A stretch of DNA of 23,737 nt from Macrostomum lignano (taxonomy: Eukaryota). The notes under the pieces were generated by a model. The model made no database searches. It worked only from the letters and a program-made list of their open reading frames with translations, and was not told the DNA's origin. The position numbers and the translations under genes are program-made. The stretch covers positions 1-23,737 of the forward strand of contig NIVC01004228.1 of NCBI GenBank assembly GCA_002269645.1, given 5' to 3'. Shown in pieces: positions 11,490 through 22,012 of this stretch (within the stretch, counting starts at the first letter, position 1; the number at the start of each line of letters is the position of its first letter).

Positions 11490-11735
11490 CAGCTCCAAGT
11501 GGCACTGCAGACTCGAGCTGCCGACATCCGCAAAGCCTCCGCTATCAGCTTTAGAAGCAGCCGATTGCAAATTACTCAAAGCCGATTTATCGAACGCCTC
11601 AGCTTCCGCTCTCATGTTTGCCTGCCCAGTCGATGGCGGTGATGACGCCAATTGAATCCTCAGCAGCGCGGCCGACGCTCTGTCGCAGAGTCCCGCCGCC
11701 AGCAGCTCCTCCCAGGTCGGCGACGGCGAGATGAG
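11490..11735 (-). CDS. PRKDC: DNA-PKcs exon, FAT domain
   Basis: ttccag| acceptor and CTG|GTGAGG donor, 246 nt, phase 0/0. Open frame LISPSPTWEELL...SALSNLQSAA...QCHLEL joins its neighbours in phase; sequence similarity is low. Confidence 0.85.
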
Positions 11736-11762
11736 CTGGAATTGAGGATTTTTTATGTAATT

Positions 11763-12270
11763 TTGTCGCTTAATACGAGTCGTACAGGTCGGTTTATGTC
11801 GTTCAATGTGTTGGTCAATGTGTCGCTTAAATACGTCGGTCAATGTGTCGCTTATAGTGTCGGTCAATGTGTCGCTTATAGTGTCGGTCAATGTGTCGCT
11901 TATATTGTCGGTCAATGTGTCGCTTATATTGTCGGTCAATGTGTCGCTTATAGTGTCGGTCAATGTGTCGCTTATATTGTCGGTCAATGTGTCGCTTATA
12001 GTGTCGGTCAATGTGTCGCTTATATTGTCGGTCAATGTGTCGCTTATAGTGTCGGTCAATGTGTTGGTCAACGTGTCGCTTAAATACGTCGGTCAATGTG
12101 TCGCTTATAGTGTCGGTCAATGTGTCGCTTAAATACGTCGGTCAATGTGTCGCATATAGTGTCGGTCAATGTGTCGGTCAATGTGTCGCTTTTATTGTTG
12201 GTCAATGCGTTGCTTAAATTTTTGGTATAATATGTCGCTTAAATTGTCGCTAAATGTCGATCAAATTGTC
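11763..12270. repeat. Intronic 24-bp minisatellite (GTCGGTCAATGTGTCGCTTATAGT)
   Basis: Directly visible, built from two related 12-mers. Confidence 0.95.
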
Positions 12271-12285
12271 GATAACAAAGCTTAC

Positions 12286-12581
12286 CTGCCGTCGAACCTT
12301 GGCAACCTTTTCGGCTACGGACATGGCGTCCAAATTTCGGTCTGTGTCCAACGACAACGCGGCGGTGGTCCAAGCTTTGGCGCAGGCGGCCCGCCAAGCC
12401 ACGGAAGTAGGGGAGGAGCCTCTGGTGGAGGTCGCCGATGTTTGGGTGCAATATTTTCTAGCCCGACCCAGATGGATCAACGCCACGGCCGGCTGCGACT
12501 GCAGGCGAGCCGCTTCAGCAAGAAGCAGCAGCTGATCGCCAGCAAATGCGTTGAAACGGCGTCTGCCAGCAGCGAGGTCGT
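12286..12581 (-). CDS. PRKDC: DNA-PKcs exon, FAT domain
   Basis: cctcag| acceptor (phase 1) and CAG|GTAAGC donor. LAEAARLQSQPAVALIHLGRARK...VAWRAACAK aligns with human IDSARKQNNFSLAMKLL...VSWVQSYCR. Confidence 0.9.
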
Positions 12582-12635
12582 CTGAGGTGGGATGAGGAGG
12601 GCGATTAGGAAAGAGAATTAAATTCTTTGGTATCC

Positions 12636-13045
12636 TATTAGATAGTCTGGCAGTTAATTAGGTAGACTATTAGGTGGTTGATTAGGTAGGCTATTAAGTG
12701 GTTAATTAGGTAGGCTATTAGGTGGTTGATTAGGTAGGCTATTAGGTGGCTTATTAGGTAGGCTATTAAGTGGTTAATTAGGTAGGCTATTAAGTGGTTA
12801 ATTAGGTAGGCTATTAGGTGGTTGATTAGGTAGGCTATTAGGTGGCTTATTAGGTAGGCTATTAAGTGGTTAATTAGGTAGGCTATTAAGTGGTTGATTA
12901 GGTAATCTATTAGCTGGTTCATTAGGTAGTCTATCAGGCGGCTGATTAGGCAGTCTATTAGGCACTTGATCAGGTAGTTTATTAGGCTGTTGATTAGACG
13001 GTCTGTTAGGTGGTTCATTAGGCAGTCTATTAGTCAGTTGATTAG
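12636..13045. repeat. Intronic 12/24-bp minisatellite (ATTAGGTAGGCTATTAAGTGGTTA)
   Basis: Directly visible. It gives the spurious LINHLIAY ORF. Confidence 0.95.
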
Positions 13046-13119
13046 GTAGTCCATTAGGCTATTTCAAGCGTTCCAGTGATAACTTGTCACTCAATCCCAT
13101 TTTTTTCGCTCATTAGCTA

Positions 13120-13629
13120 ATGTCTCAAAGATTTTGCTAAATTTGATAAGTCTGCCCCAATTCTGCCAGCGCTGTTTCTATTGCTAACTCTATCCGTTGA
13201 CAACGTTGCATCCTGCGATTCTAATAGAGCTTGACTTCAAACCGACCTCTGGCGCTGATTGCATTCGTCCTGAGTTCACCAAGATTGCGCCGGGGTCCTG
13301 CGACCTGCTGTCCTGTGGTTACCTGTGCGCCAAGACTCTCAAGTGCCAAGCCTTCAGACTACCCTCTGGCGACATCTGGAGTGTATCAGGAACGGACTTA
13401 TACCTTGGAGGCTACCAGATGTCGAGCTCAACGAGGCAGCACAGCAGGCTGAATCTGGGACGCATGCAACGAGAGCATCCAAGCCGACGTGTGGGAACCG
13501 AAACAGCCGAACAATAATAAGGGCAATCAGGACTGCGTAAACATTTATCAATCTAATAAAGTCGGCATAAATGATTGCGAATGCGACCACCAGTTAAAGT
13601 ACATTTGCGAGTGTCTCGTGGTGTTTTAA
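13120..13629 (+). pseudogene. Disrupted, intronless secreted C-type lectin gene (signal-peptide-like leader, Cys-rich PAN/apple-like piece, C-terminal half of a CTL domain), antisense inside a DNA-PKcs intron
   Basis: 13492-13629 reads WEPKQPNNNKGNQDCVNIYQSNKVGINDCECDHQLKYICECLVVF*, matching the CTL pattern W..QPN...EDCV...(W)ND..C....ICE. Upstream are DLYLGGY (13375-13395), SCGYLCAKTLKCQAF and the hydrophobic leader ILPALFLLLTLSV. These sit in different frames, with TGA at 13450-13452. Confidence 0.75.
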
Positions 13630-13710
13630 CGCGGTTGAATATGAATATACAATGCAGTACAAATCGTTAGATATCGTTGCTTATCTTGCTTATCTTAGTT
13701 TATATCTTGA

Positions 13711-13975
13711 TCTTGAAGGTCGGGGGTTCGATTCCCGATCCCACTGGAACAATTTGCGTCCTTAAGCAAGACACTTAACTCACACTTAGCATTGCTTCAG
13801 TTCACCCAGCTGTAAAATGGGCGCCAGCATTAGCTGGGGTAATTGAGGGTGTGTGGCGACCCCCCCTCTCAGTCCTTGGACTGAACAGCCGTACGCAGCA
13901 ATAGCTGCGGCTGAGCTGTCGGTTGCACATCTGGCCCAATTGGGGCAGGTGTAATCAATTATATTATTAATTTAT
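13711..13975 (+). mobile_element. tRNA-derived SINE with a CORE-like domain, 5' truncated
   Basis: Pol III B box GGTTCGATTCC (13725-13735) in a tRNA T-arm context, then CCTTAAGCAAGACACTTAAC...CTTCAGTT...CTGTAAAATGGG (13760-13821). This resembles the MIR/CORE consensus CCTTGGGCAAGTCACTTAAC...CCTCAGTT...CTGTAAAATGGG. AT-rich tail; no A box seen. Confidence 0.75.
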
Positions 13976-14103
13976 TAGTAATATAAAAGGCAGTCTAATT
14001 AGGTTTCTTAGACATTAGTATTAGACGCTTTATTAGTCTAATAATTAGGTGATAAAAAGGTCAAATAAGCGTGCGACAAATATTAACAAAATCAAACCTA
14101 AAC

Positions 14104-14362
14104 CATCCACGAGCAGCATCTTATTGGCGCATAGCAACCGCACAGCAACCGTCCGCTCCCAGTTGTCGCAGGCGTCCCGAATGAAATCGGGTCTTCTCTG
14201 TCGCCATTTCGCCAGCAGGTCGGCAGTTGACGAGACAACATCTTGACGGCGCCGGTCGCCAGTCAGCAGGGTGAGGCTCTCGCGCAGCTCCGTCAAGCGA
14301 TGGACGCTGGCCATGTTGGACAGGTGAAACTGGCGCTAAAGGGCCGGCACCGAGGACACGTT
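14104..14362 (-). CDS. PRKDC: DNA-PKcs exon, FAT domain, containing an in-frame TAG at 14336-14338
   Basis: ccgcag| acceptor, phase 0 to 1; alternative donor at 14098. NVSSVPAL*RQFHLSNMASVHRLTELRE...LAKWRQRRPD...DACDNWERTVAVR aligns with human [28 protein letters not shown]...LNTWTNRYPD...DPMNIWDDIITNR. Confidence 0.88.
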
Positions 14363-14495
14363 CTGCGGAGCAGTGAGCGTCATTATTATGATGATGGCTT
14401 TTATGATCATTGAATGATCATAGAGAGTGCTATTATCAACTCTCTATGCTCTATGCTATAATCCCTCTCTATGCTTTTTAATTTATAACTAAGTT

Positions 14496-14755
14496 ATGAT
14501 CATGAAGAGTACTGTGACCAACTGAAGGATAATGGAGATTGCTATGACCAACTGAAGGATAATGGAGAGTGCTATGACCAATCGAAGGATAATGGCGAGT
14601 GCTATGAACAACTGAAGGATCATGAGGAATGCTATGACCAATCGAAGGATAATGGAGAGTGCTATGACTAATTGAAGGATCATAGTGTTATGACCAATTG
14701 CAGCATCATAGTGTTATGAACAATTAAATAATCATGGAGAGTGCTATGACCAACT
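14496..14755. repeat. Intronic 30-bp minisatellite (ATGACCAACTGAAGGATAATGGAGAGTGCT)
   Basis: About 8 visible degenerate copies. Confidence 0.92.
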
Positions 14756-14871
14756 GACGAATCAAAGCGAGTATCATTGATCCCTATATGGAGACATTTA
14801 CAAGTTATTATCCAGGTACAATTGGACACTAAAGTACTAAATTTCTTGTCCAATAATATACTACTGCTCAC

Positions 14872-14970
14872 ATTGAGCACTCGATCCAGAGCTGAGTCCA
14901 CGTAGGCCATTGCATTGTGATATTTTCCTGTTTTGATTAGCACCGATGCAAGCAGTTCGGCGTGCTCGCT
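14872..14970 (-). CDS. PRKDC: DNA-PKcs small exon, FAT domain
   Basis: ttgcag| acceptor and AAT|GTGAGC donor, 99 nt, phase 0/0. SEHAELLASVLIKTGKYHNAMAYVDSALDRVLN aligns with human [31 protein letters not shown]. Confidence 0.88.
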
Positions 14971-14998
14971 CTGCAAAACAAGGTGAGTTCGAAAATAT

Positions 14999-15046
14999 AC
15001 TACCACTTCTACCACTACTACTACTACTACTACTCTACTGCTACTA

Positions 15047-15123
<77 letters not shown>

Positions 15124-15127
15124 CACT

Positions 15128-15197
<70 letters not shown>

Positions 15198-15281
15198 CTC
15201 TACTACTACACTACTACTACCACTCTACTACTACTACTACTACCAATCTACTACTACTAGTACTACTACTACACTACTACT

Positions 15282-15342
<61 letters not shown>

Positions 15343-15346
15343 CACT

Positions 15347-15410
<64 letters not shown>

Positions 15411-15471
15411 CTCTACTACTACACTACTACTACACTACTACTACTACTACTACTACTGCTACTACTACACT

Positions 15472-15502
<31 letters not shown>

Positions 15503-15506
15503 CACT

Positions 15507-15576
<70 letters not shown>

Positions 15577-15664
15577 CTCTACTACTACACTACTACTACC
15601 ACTCTACTACTACTACTACTACCAATCTACTACTACTAGTACTACTACTACCACTACTACTACT

Positions 15665-15725
<61 letters not shown>

Positions 15726-15729
15726 CACT

Positions 15730-15799
<70 letters not shown>

Positions 15800-15997
15800 C
15801 TCTACTACTACACTACTACTACCACTCTACTACTACTACTACTACCAATCTACTACTACTAGTACTACTACTACCACTACTACTACTACTACTACCTCTA
15901 CCACTACTAATCTACTACTACTACTACTACTACACTCTACTACTACTACTACTACTACCACTCTACTACTACTACTACACTACTACTACTACTACTA

Positions 15998-16033
<36 letters not shown>

Positions 16034-16080
16034 TACTACTACACTACTACTACCACTCTACTACTACTACTACTACCAAT

Positions 16081-16111
<31 letters not shown>

Positions 16112-16121
16112 CTCTACTACT

Positions 16122-16155
<34 letters not shown>

Positions 16156-16218
16156 CACTACTACTACTAATACTACTACTACTACTACTACCACTCTACT
16201 ACTACTACTACTACCAAT

Positions 16219-16249
<31 letters not shown>

Positions 16250-16259
16250 CTCTACTACT

Positions 16260-16290
<31 letters not shown>

Positions 16291-16431
16291 CACTACTACT
16301 ACTAATACTACTACTACTACTACTACCACTCTACTACTACACTCTACTACTACTACTACCACTACTACTACTCTACTACTACTACTACTACCACTACTAC
16401 TACTACTACTACACTACTACTACTACTACTA

Positions 16432-16465
<34 letters not shown>

Positions 16466-16515
16466 CTCTACTACTACACTACTACTACCACTCTACTACT
16501 ACTACTACTACCAAT

Positions 16516-16585
<70 letters not shown>

Positions 16586-16651
16586 CACTACTACTACTAA
16601 TACTACTACTACTACTACTACCACTCTACTACTACCACTCTACTACTACTA

Positions 16652-16691
<40 letters not shown>

Positions 16692-16766
16692 TACTACTAC
16701 TACCACTACTACTACTAATACTACTACCTCTACCACTACTAATATACTACTACTACTACTACCACT

Positions 16767-16806
<40 letters not shown>

Positions 16807-17050
16807 CACTACTACTACTAATACTACTACTACTACTACTACCACTCTACTACTACCACTCTACTACTACTACTACCACTACTACTACTCTACTACTACT
16901 ACTACTACTACTAACACTACTACTAATACTACTACCTCTACTACTATTACTACTACTACTACTACTACCACTACTACTACTAATAATAATAATAATACTA
17001 ATTGCTACTAATACAACTGAATACTACTCGTTCTGTTACTACTACTACTA
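14999..17050. repeat. (CTA)n / (TAG)n trinucleotide array, ~2 kb, with recurring variant blocks
   Basis: Directly visible. It gives the poly-Y, poly-T, poly-L and poly-V ORFs. Confidence 0.98.
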
Positions 17051-17068
17051 ATCGGCACTAGACCTCAC

Positions 17069-17215
17069 CTCAAATTGAGTTCTAACAGAATCATTGTCTG
17101 TTGTACAACGTAAAAAGTCCATAAATTCGGCAGATTCTGAGTCTGAACCAATAGCAGATTCTGGTTTGTCGCAGACAAGGCGTGTTGAGCTCAGCATGTA
17201 GGAGGACAGGGCATT
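17069..17215 (-). CDS. PRKDC: DNA-PKcs small exon, FAT domain; not in the ORF track
   Basis: ccctcag| acceptor and GAG|GTGAGG donor, 147 nt, phase 0/0. NALSSYMLSSTRLVC...SAEFMDFLRCTTDNDSVRTQFE aligns with human YLPYMIRSKLKLL...[20 protein letters not shown]. The acceptor position is less certain than the donor. Confidence 0.8.
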
Positions 17216-17306
17216 CTGAGGGTGCGAGGGGATATTGGGGTGACTATGGACGAAACTGCAGTGTCATTTAAATGATGTAATAAAGTCTTGATAATTGACG
17301 CATCCA

Positions 17307-17787
17307 ATGACTCATTTACTTAACATTCTGGGTCAACAATCGATGACCCATTTACGTAAAATTTTGGGTCAAAAATCGATTACTCATTTAAGATTCTGGG
17401 TCAACAATTTATGACTAATTGAGGATTCTGGGTCAACAATATAGGACTCATTTATTATTCTGTTTCAACAATTGATGACCCATTTATTATCCTGCGTCAG
17501 TTGACAATTTATGACCCATTTAGGATTCCGGATCAACAATCGATGACCCATTTAGAATTCTGGGTCAACAATGGATGACCCATAAAGGATTATGGGTCAA
17601 CAATTAACGACCCATTTGATTTTGTGTCAACATTTGATGACTCATTTAGGATTCCGGGTCAACGATCGATGATGGATTCATGATTCTGGGTCAACAATTT
17701 ATGACCCGTTTAGTATCCTGGGCCAACAACTGATGACCCATTTAGGGTTGTAGGAAATATAGGATCAGTTTAGGGTTGTGGGTCAAC
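17307..17787. repeat. Intronic ~32-40-bp degenerate minisatellite (CTGGGTCAACAATTGATGACCCATTTAGGATT)
   Basis: About 13 visible copies. Each unit has an internal inverted pair GGGTCA...TGACCC. Confidence 0.92.
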
Positions 17788-17793
17788 ACTCAC

Positions 17794-18285
17794 CTTACAA
17801 AACATTCTGCACCCCAACACGGCTCCACAACCGGTCAGCCAGTCCACCGCCTTCTTCTCCATCAGCCTGGTCAGCAGCAGCTTCTTTGACACGCCGCTCA
17901 GCCTAGTCCAATCGGCTAGCCGAGTCAGACAGTCCAGCCTAGCCAACTGGCAAGCATGATTCACGGCTGTTGCAGAATCTGCAGCAGCAGAAGCAGACTC
18001 TGTGCCGCTTTCATCAGCCTGTTGAAACAGTCGATCAAATGTCTCTAACGCTAGTTGAACATCGCCGCTGAGGCACCAGTCAAGAGCGTCCAGACGTTTT
18101 TCATCGTCGTTGTTGTCAACGCCTTCCTGGCCGTTATGCTGCGATCGACATCGACGCAGAGCGCCAAGCTGCTGGTCGGGCTCGCCCATGTCACGGTAGA
18201 GCCGGGCCAGAGCGAGCCAGTAGGCTTCGTCGTATTTGTCGGCGTCGGCATCGATTCCGACATCGGCGCTGTTATCGTCAGTGGA
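17794..18285 (-). CDS. PRKDC: DNA-PKcs exon, start of the FAT domain
   Basis: ctcccag| acceptor and AAG|GTGAGT donor, 492 nt, phase 0/0. YWLALARLYRDMGEPD...LDCLTRLADW aligns with human WVELAKLYRSIGEYD...LDCYNHLAEW. Confidence 0.92.
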
Positions 18286-18349
18286 CTGGGAGGGTCGATT
18301 TTTTTTAAAGAAAACTTTAAATTAGTTTAGTGATAGATTTGCCGCAAAA

Positions 18350-19985
18350 ACATCTTGCTAAGATGTGTCACTGAATATTGTTGCTGCGATGTGTCGGTGA
18401 AACATGTCGCTAAGATGTGTCGGTGAGATATGTCGCTAAGATGTGTCAGTGAGATATGTCGCTAAAACATGTCGCTAAGATGTGTCGGTGAGATGTGTCG
18501 CTAAAACATGTCGCTAAGATGTGTCGGTGAGATGTGTCGCTAAAACATGTCGCTAAGATGTGTCGGTGAGATGTGCCGCCGAAACATGTCGCTAAGATGT
18601 GTCGGTGAGATATGTCGCTAAGATGTGTCGGTGAGATATGTCGCTAAGATGTGTCGGTGAGATATGTCGCTAAAACATGTCGCTAAGATGTGTCGGTGAG
18701 ATGTGTCGCTAAAACATGTCGCTTAGATGTGTCGGTGAGATATGTCGCTAAGATGTATCAGTGAGGTGTCGCTAAAACACGTCGCTAAGATGTGTCGGTG
18801 AGATATGTCGCTAAGATGTGTCGGTGAGATTTGTCGCTAAGATGTGTCGGTGAGATTTGTCGCTAAGATGTGTCGGTGAGATATGTCGCTAAGATGTGTC
18901 GGTGAGATATGTTGCTAAGGTGTTTCGGTGAGATATGTCGCTAAGATGTGTCGGTGAGATATGTTGCTAAGGTGTTTCGGTGAGATATGTCGCTAAGATG
19001 TGTCGGTGAGATATGTCGCTAAGGTGTTTCGGTGAGATATGTCGCTAAGATGTGTCGGTGAGATATGTCGCTAAGATGTGTCGGTGAGATATGTTGCTAA
19101 TATGTTTCGGTGAGATATGTCGCTAAGATGTGTCGGTGAAATATGTTGCTAAGGTGTTTCGGTGAGATATGTCGCTAAGATGTGTCGGTGAGATATGTCG
19201 CTAAGATGTGTCGGTGAGATATGTTGCTAATATGTGTCGGTGAGATATGTCGCTAAGATGTGTCGGTGAGATTTGTCGCTAAGATGTGTCGGTGAGATAT
19301 GTCGCTAAGATGTGTCGGTGAGATATGTTGCTAATATGTTTCGGTGAGATATGTCGCTAAGATGTGTCGGTGAGATATGTCGCTAAGATGTTTCGGTGAG
19401 ATATGTCGCTAAGGTGTTTCGGTGAGATATGTCGCTAAGATGTGTCGGTGAGATATGTCGCTAAGATGTGTCGGTGAGATATGTTGCTAAGGTGTTTCGG
19501 TGAGATATGTCGCTAAGATGTTTCGGTGAGATATGTCGCTAAGATGTGTCGGTGAGATTTGTCGCTAAGATGTGTCGGTGAGATATGTCGCTAAGATGTG
19601 TCGGTGAGATATGTTGCTAATATGTTTCGGTGAGATATGTCGCTAAGATGTGTCGGTGAGATATGTCGCTAAGATGTTTCGGTGAGATATGTCGCTAAGA
19701 TGTGTCGGTGAGATATGTTGCTAAGGTGTTTCGGTGAGATATGTCGCTGAAACATGTCACTAAGATGTGCCACTTGACCATTAAGCTAAGATGCGTCGAT
19801 AAAATGTATTGCTAAAACATGCTGCTAAAATTGGTCCGTGAAATGTTTCGCTAAGAAATGTCGCTAAGATGTGTCGGTGGGATGTGTCGCTAAAACATGT
19901 CGCTGAAGTTTACTGATAAAGCATGTCGGTCACTTTGTGTTCCTACACTGTACCAATAAAAATTTTGCTAAACTATGTCGCTAAG
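18350..19985. repeat. Intronic 26-bp minisatellite, ~1.6 kb (GATGTGTCGGTGAGATATGTCGCTAA)
   Basis: Highly homogeneous core with degenerate edges, built from two related 13-mers. Confidence 0.98.
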
Positions 19986-20034
19986 GTGCATGGTTTACGA
20001 ATTTCTCCATTTCAACAAAAACCTAAAATGTCAC

Positions 20035-20523
20035 CTGACTTCCAGCCTCCATTCGTCGGCGCTTAGCCGCAGTCGGTCGCTGCTCCGTCGTAGCCTTGGC
20101 GGCTCTGCCTCGGTGTCGACCCGGCTCGTCACGTGACTGCTGCTGCACGCCAGGCCGACCCTGCCAGGCATACAAAAGTTCCAACGCCAAAGCGCCAAGC
20201 GTAGGCAGGTGAGCGGCCGACGACGCCGCAGCCACTAATCCGTAGTCGCTAGGTCGGATAATGGCGCCGATATCAACAACGCCGACTCCGCCGTCGCCGC
20301 AGGCGCTCGAAGCCACAGCGCAGAGCGAGTCGAGCGCGCAGCCAATCAGAGCCGGATCGTTTGCTGCCGCTGTCACCGCCGACAAACCGTTCCGCCGCTT
20401 CCCGTCGAAAGGCGACGTCGGGATCAGGACGCCCAGCCAAGCGGCGGCAAGTCGGCGACACATGTCGGCCACGTCGTCTTCGGATAGAGCGGAGGCGGCC
20501 CAGTCCACCATGGACTGCGAGAG
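20035..20523 (-). CDS. PRKDC: DNA-PKcs exon, M-HEAT/FAT boundary
   Basis: aatcag| acceptor and CAG|GTGACA donor, 489 nt, phase 0/0. YGLVAAASSAAHLPTLGALALE...PTAAKRRR aligns with human [22 protein letters not shown]...LPAKRVR. Confidence 0.88.
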
Positions 20524-20569
20524 CTGATTTTTGTCAAGGGAGGGGTGAGAGATGATATGAGACGATTAT

Positions 20570-21110
20570 GGATCATAGGGGATGATATGACTCATTCTAA
20601 AAGATCATAAAGGATAATGTGACCCATTTTAAAAAGACAATAAATGATGATATAACCCATTCTAAAATGATCATAGAGGATGATATGACCCATTCTAAAA
20701 GGATCATAGAGGATGATATGACCCATTCTAAAAGGATCATAGAGGATGATATGACCCATTCTAAAAGGATCATAGAGGATGGTTTGACCCATTCTAAAAG
20801 GATCATAGAGGATCATATGACCCATTCTAAAAGGATCATAGGGGATCATATGACCCATTCTAAAAGGATCATAGAGGATGATATGACCCATTCTAAAAGG
20901 ATCATAGAGGATGGTATGACCCATTCTAAAAGGATCATAGGGGAAGATATGACCATTCTAAAAGGAACATAGGGGAAGATATGACCATTCTAAAATGATC
21001 ATAGAGGAGGATATGATCCATTCTAAAAGGATTATGAAGGATGGGTTAAAACATTTTTTTAAAGATCATGGGGGATAAAGACTACACTTTAAATGATCAT
21101 AGAGGCTGAT
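20570..21110. repeat. Intronic 33-bp minisatellite (ATGACCCATTCTAAAAGGATCATAGAGGATGAT)
   Basis: Directly visible. It gives the spurious 11-aa repeat ORFs. Confidence 0.96.
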
Positions 21111-21193
21111 ATGACTAACATATTAATAAAAGAGAATGCAGTGACCCGTCAATCATAAAACAAGCCTACAATGAATTTCAAACAAAGGCTCAC

Positions 21194-21691
21194 CTGAGCG
21201 CACAGCAACCGACCAAACATTCGATCTTTCTGCGCCAGAGCCGCCAAGGTGGTCACCAGGGCGCCCTGTTCAATCTGAACGTCGGGCAAGTCGCCAACTC
21301 GATAGCGACGTCTCAGAGTCACCCGGTGCTCGCGTTTCGCAGCCGCTTCGGCCGCTTCTCGAACCTGACGCCGGTGTCGCTCCACGCCGGCCTGAGCGAA
21401 TGCCGAGTAGCTCGAGGAGGAGCCCTGAGTAGCCGGGGGCCCGTCAGAGCTGGAAGATGCAGCTGCTCCGGATGATGATGAAGCTGCCTGCTGCTGCTGC
21501 TGTTGCTGCAGAAACATTCGACGACGAAGTCGGTGAAGCTGCGCTGCTTGGCCAGCCATCTGGGGATTCGCGTCCGAGCCCAGAGCGGTGTGGTAGCCGG
21601 CCAGACCGCCCGCGGCCGACACTTCCAGGCCGGCGCCACCGCCGCCGCCTCCGGAGGAGCGAAATAGCAGCGAGGTGGAGACGGACAGGTC
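21194..21691 (-). CDS. PRKDC: DNA-PKcs exon following the ABCDE cluster
   Basis: CTAAC branch point and catccag| acceptor, CAG|GTGAGC donor, 498 nt, phase 0/0. LHRLRRRM...[33 protein letters not shown] aligns with human LRLRRRF...[33 protein letters not shown]. Confidence 0.93.
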
Positions 21692-21725
21692 CTGGATGCG
21701 GGTTAGGTGAGAGCTGCTGATAGAT

Positions 21726-21760
21726 CAGACAGGCAGAAAGACAGAGATTCGGACACACAC

Positions 21761-21799
<39 letters not shown>

Positions 21800-21842
21800 G
21801 GCAGACAGACAGACAGGCAGACAGGCAGACAGACAGGCAGGC

Positions 21843-21883
<41 letters not shown>

Positions 21884-21930
21884 GGCAGGCAGACAGACAG
21901 ACAGGCAGACAGGCAGACAGACAGGCAGGC

Positions 21931-21989
<59 letters not shown>

Positions 21990-22012
21990 GACAGACACAC
22001 AAACAGACAGAC
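21726..22012. repeat. (CAGA/CAGG)n tetranucleotide array filling an intron from its donor site
   Basis: The minus strand reads CAG|GTCTGTCTGT...; it is the same family as 2701-5010. Confidence 0.97.

Noticed and set aside
11652-13018. Repetitive ORFs such as TDTISDTL, QCVAYSVG and INHLIAYL as possible repeat proteins
   Set aside because: They exist only because the repeat units are multiples of 3 and lie inside introns defined by DNA-PKcs homology.
13711-13745. tRNA gene
   Set aside because: Only a T-arm and B box are present, with no D arm or acceptor stem. It continues into a CORE domain, so it is a SINE head.
14680-15639. Poly-Tyr, poly-Thr and poly-Val ORFs
   Set aside because: Translations of (CTA)n. 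Only the 99-nt exon inside is supported.
18350-19985. CRISPR-like array
   Set aside because: Units are head-to-tail with no unique spacers, there are no cas genes, and the context is a eukaryotic intron. The same holds for the 24-, 33- and 36-bp arrays.
21692-21725. Apparent frameshift between the exons at 22013 and ~21720
   Set aside because: Resolved by the downstream acceptor at 21691, which has a CTAAC branch point and is in phase 0.
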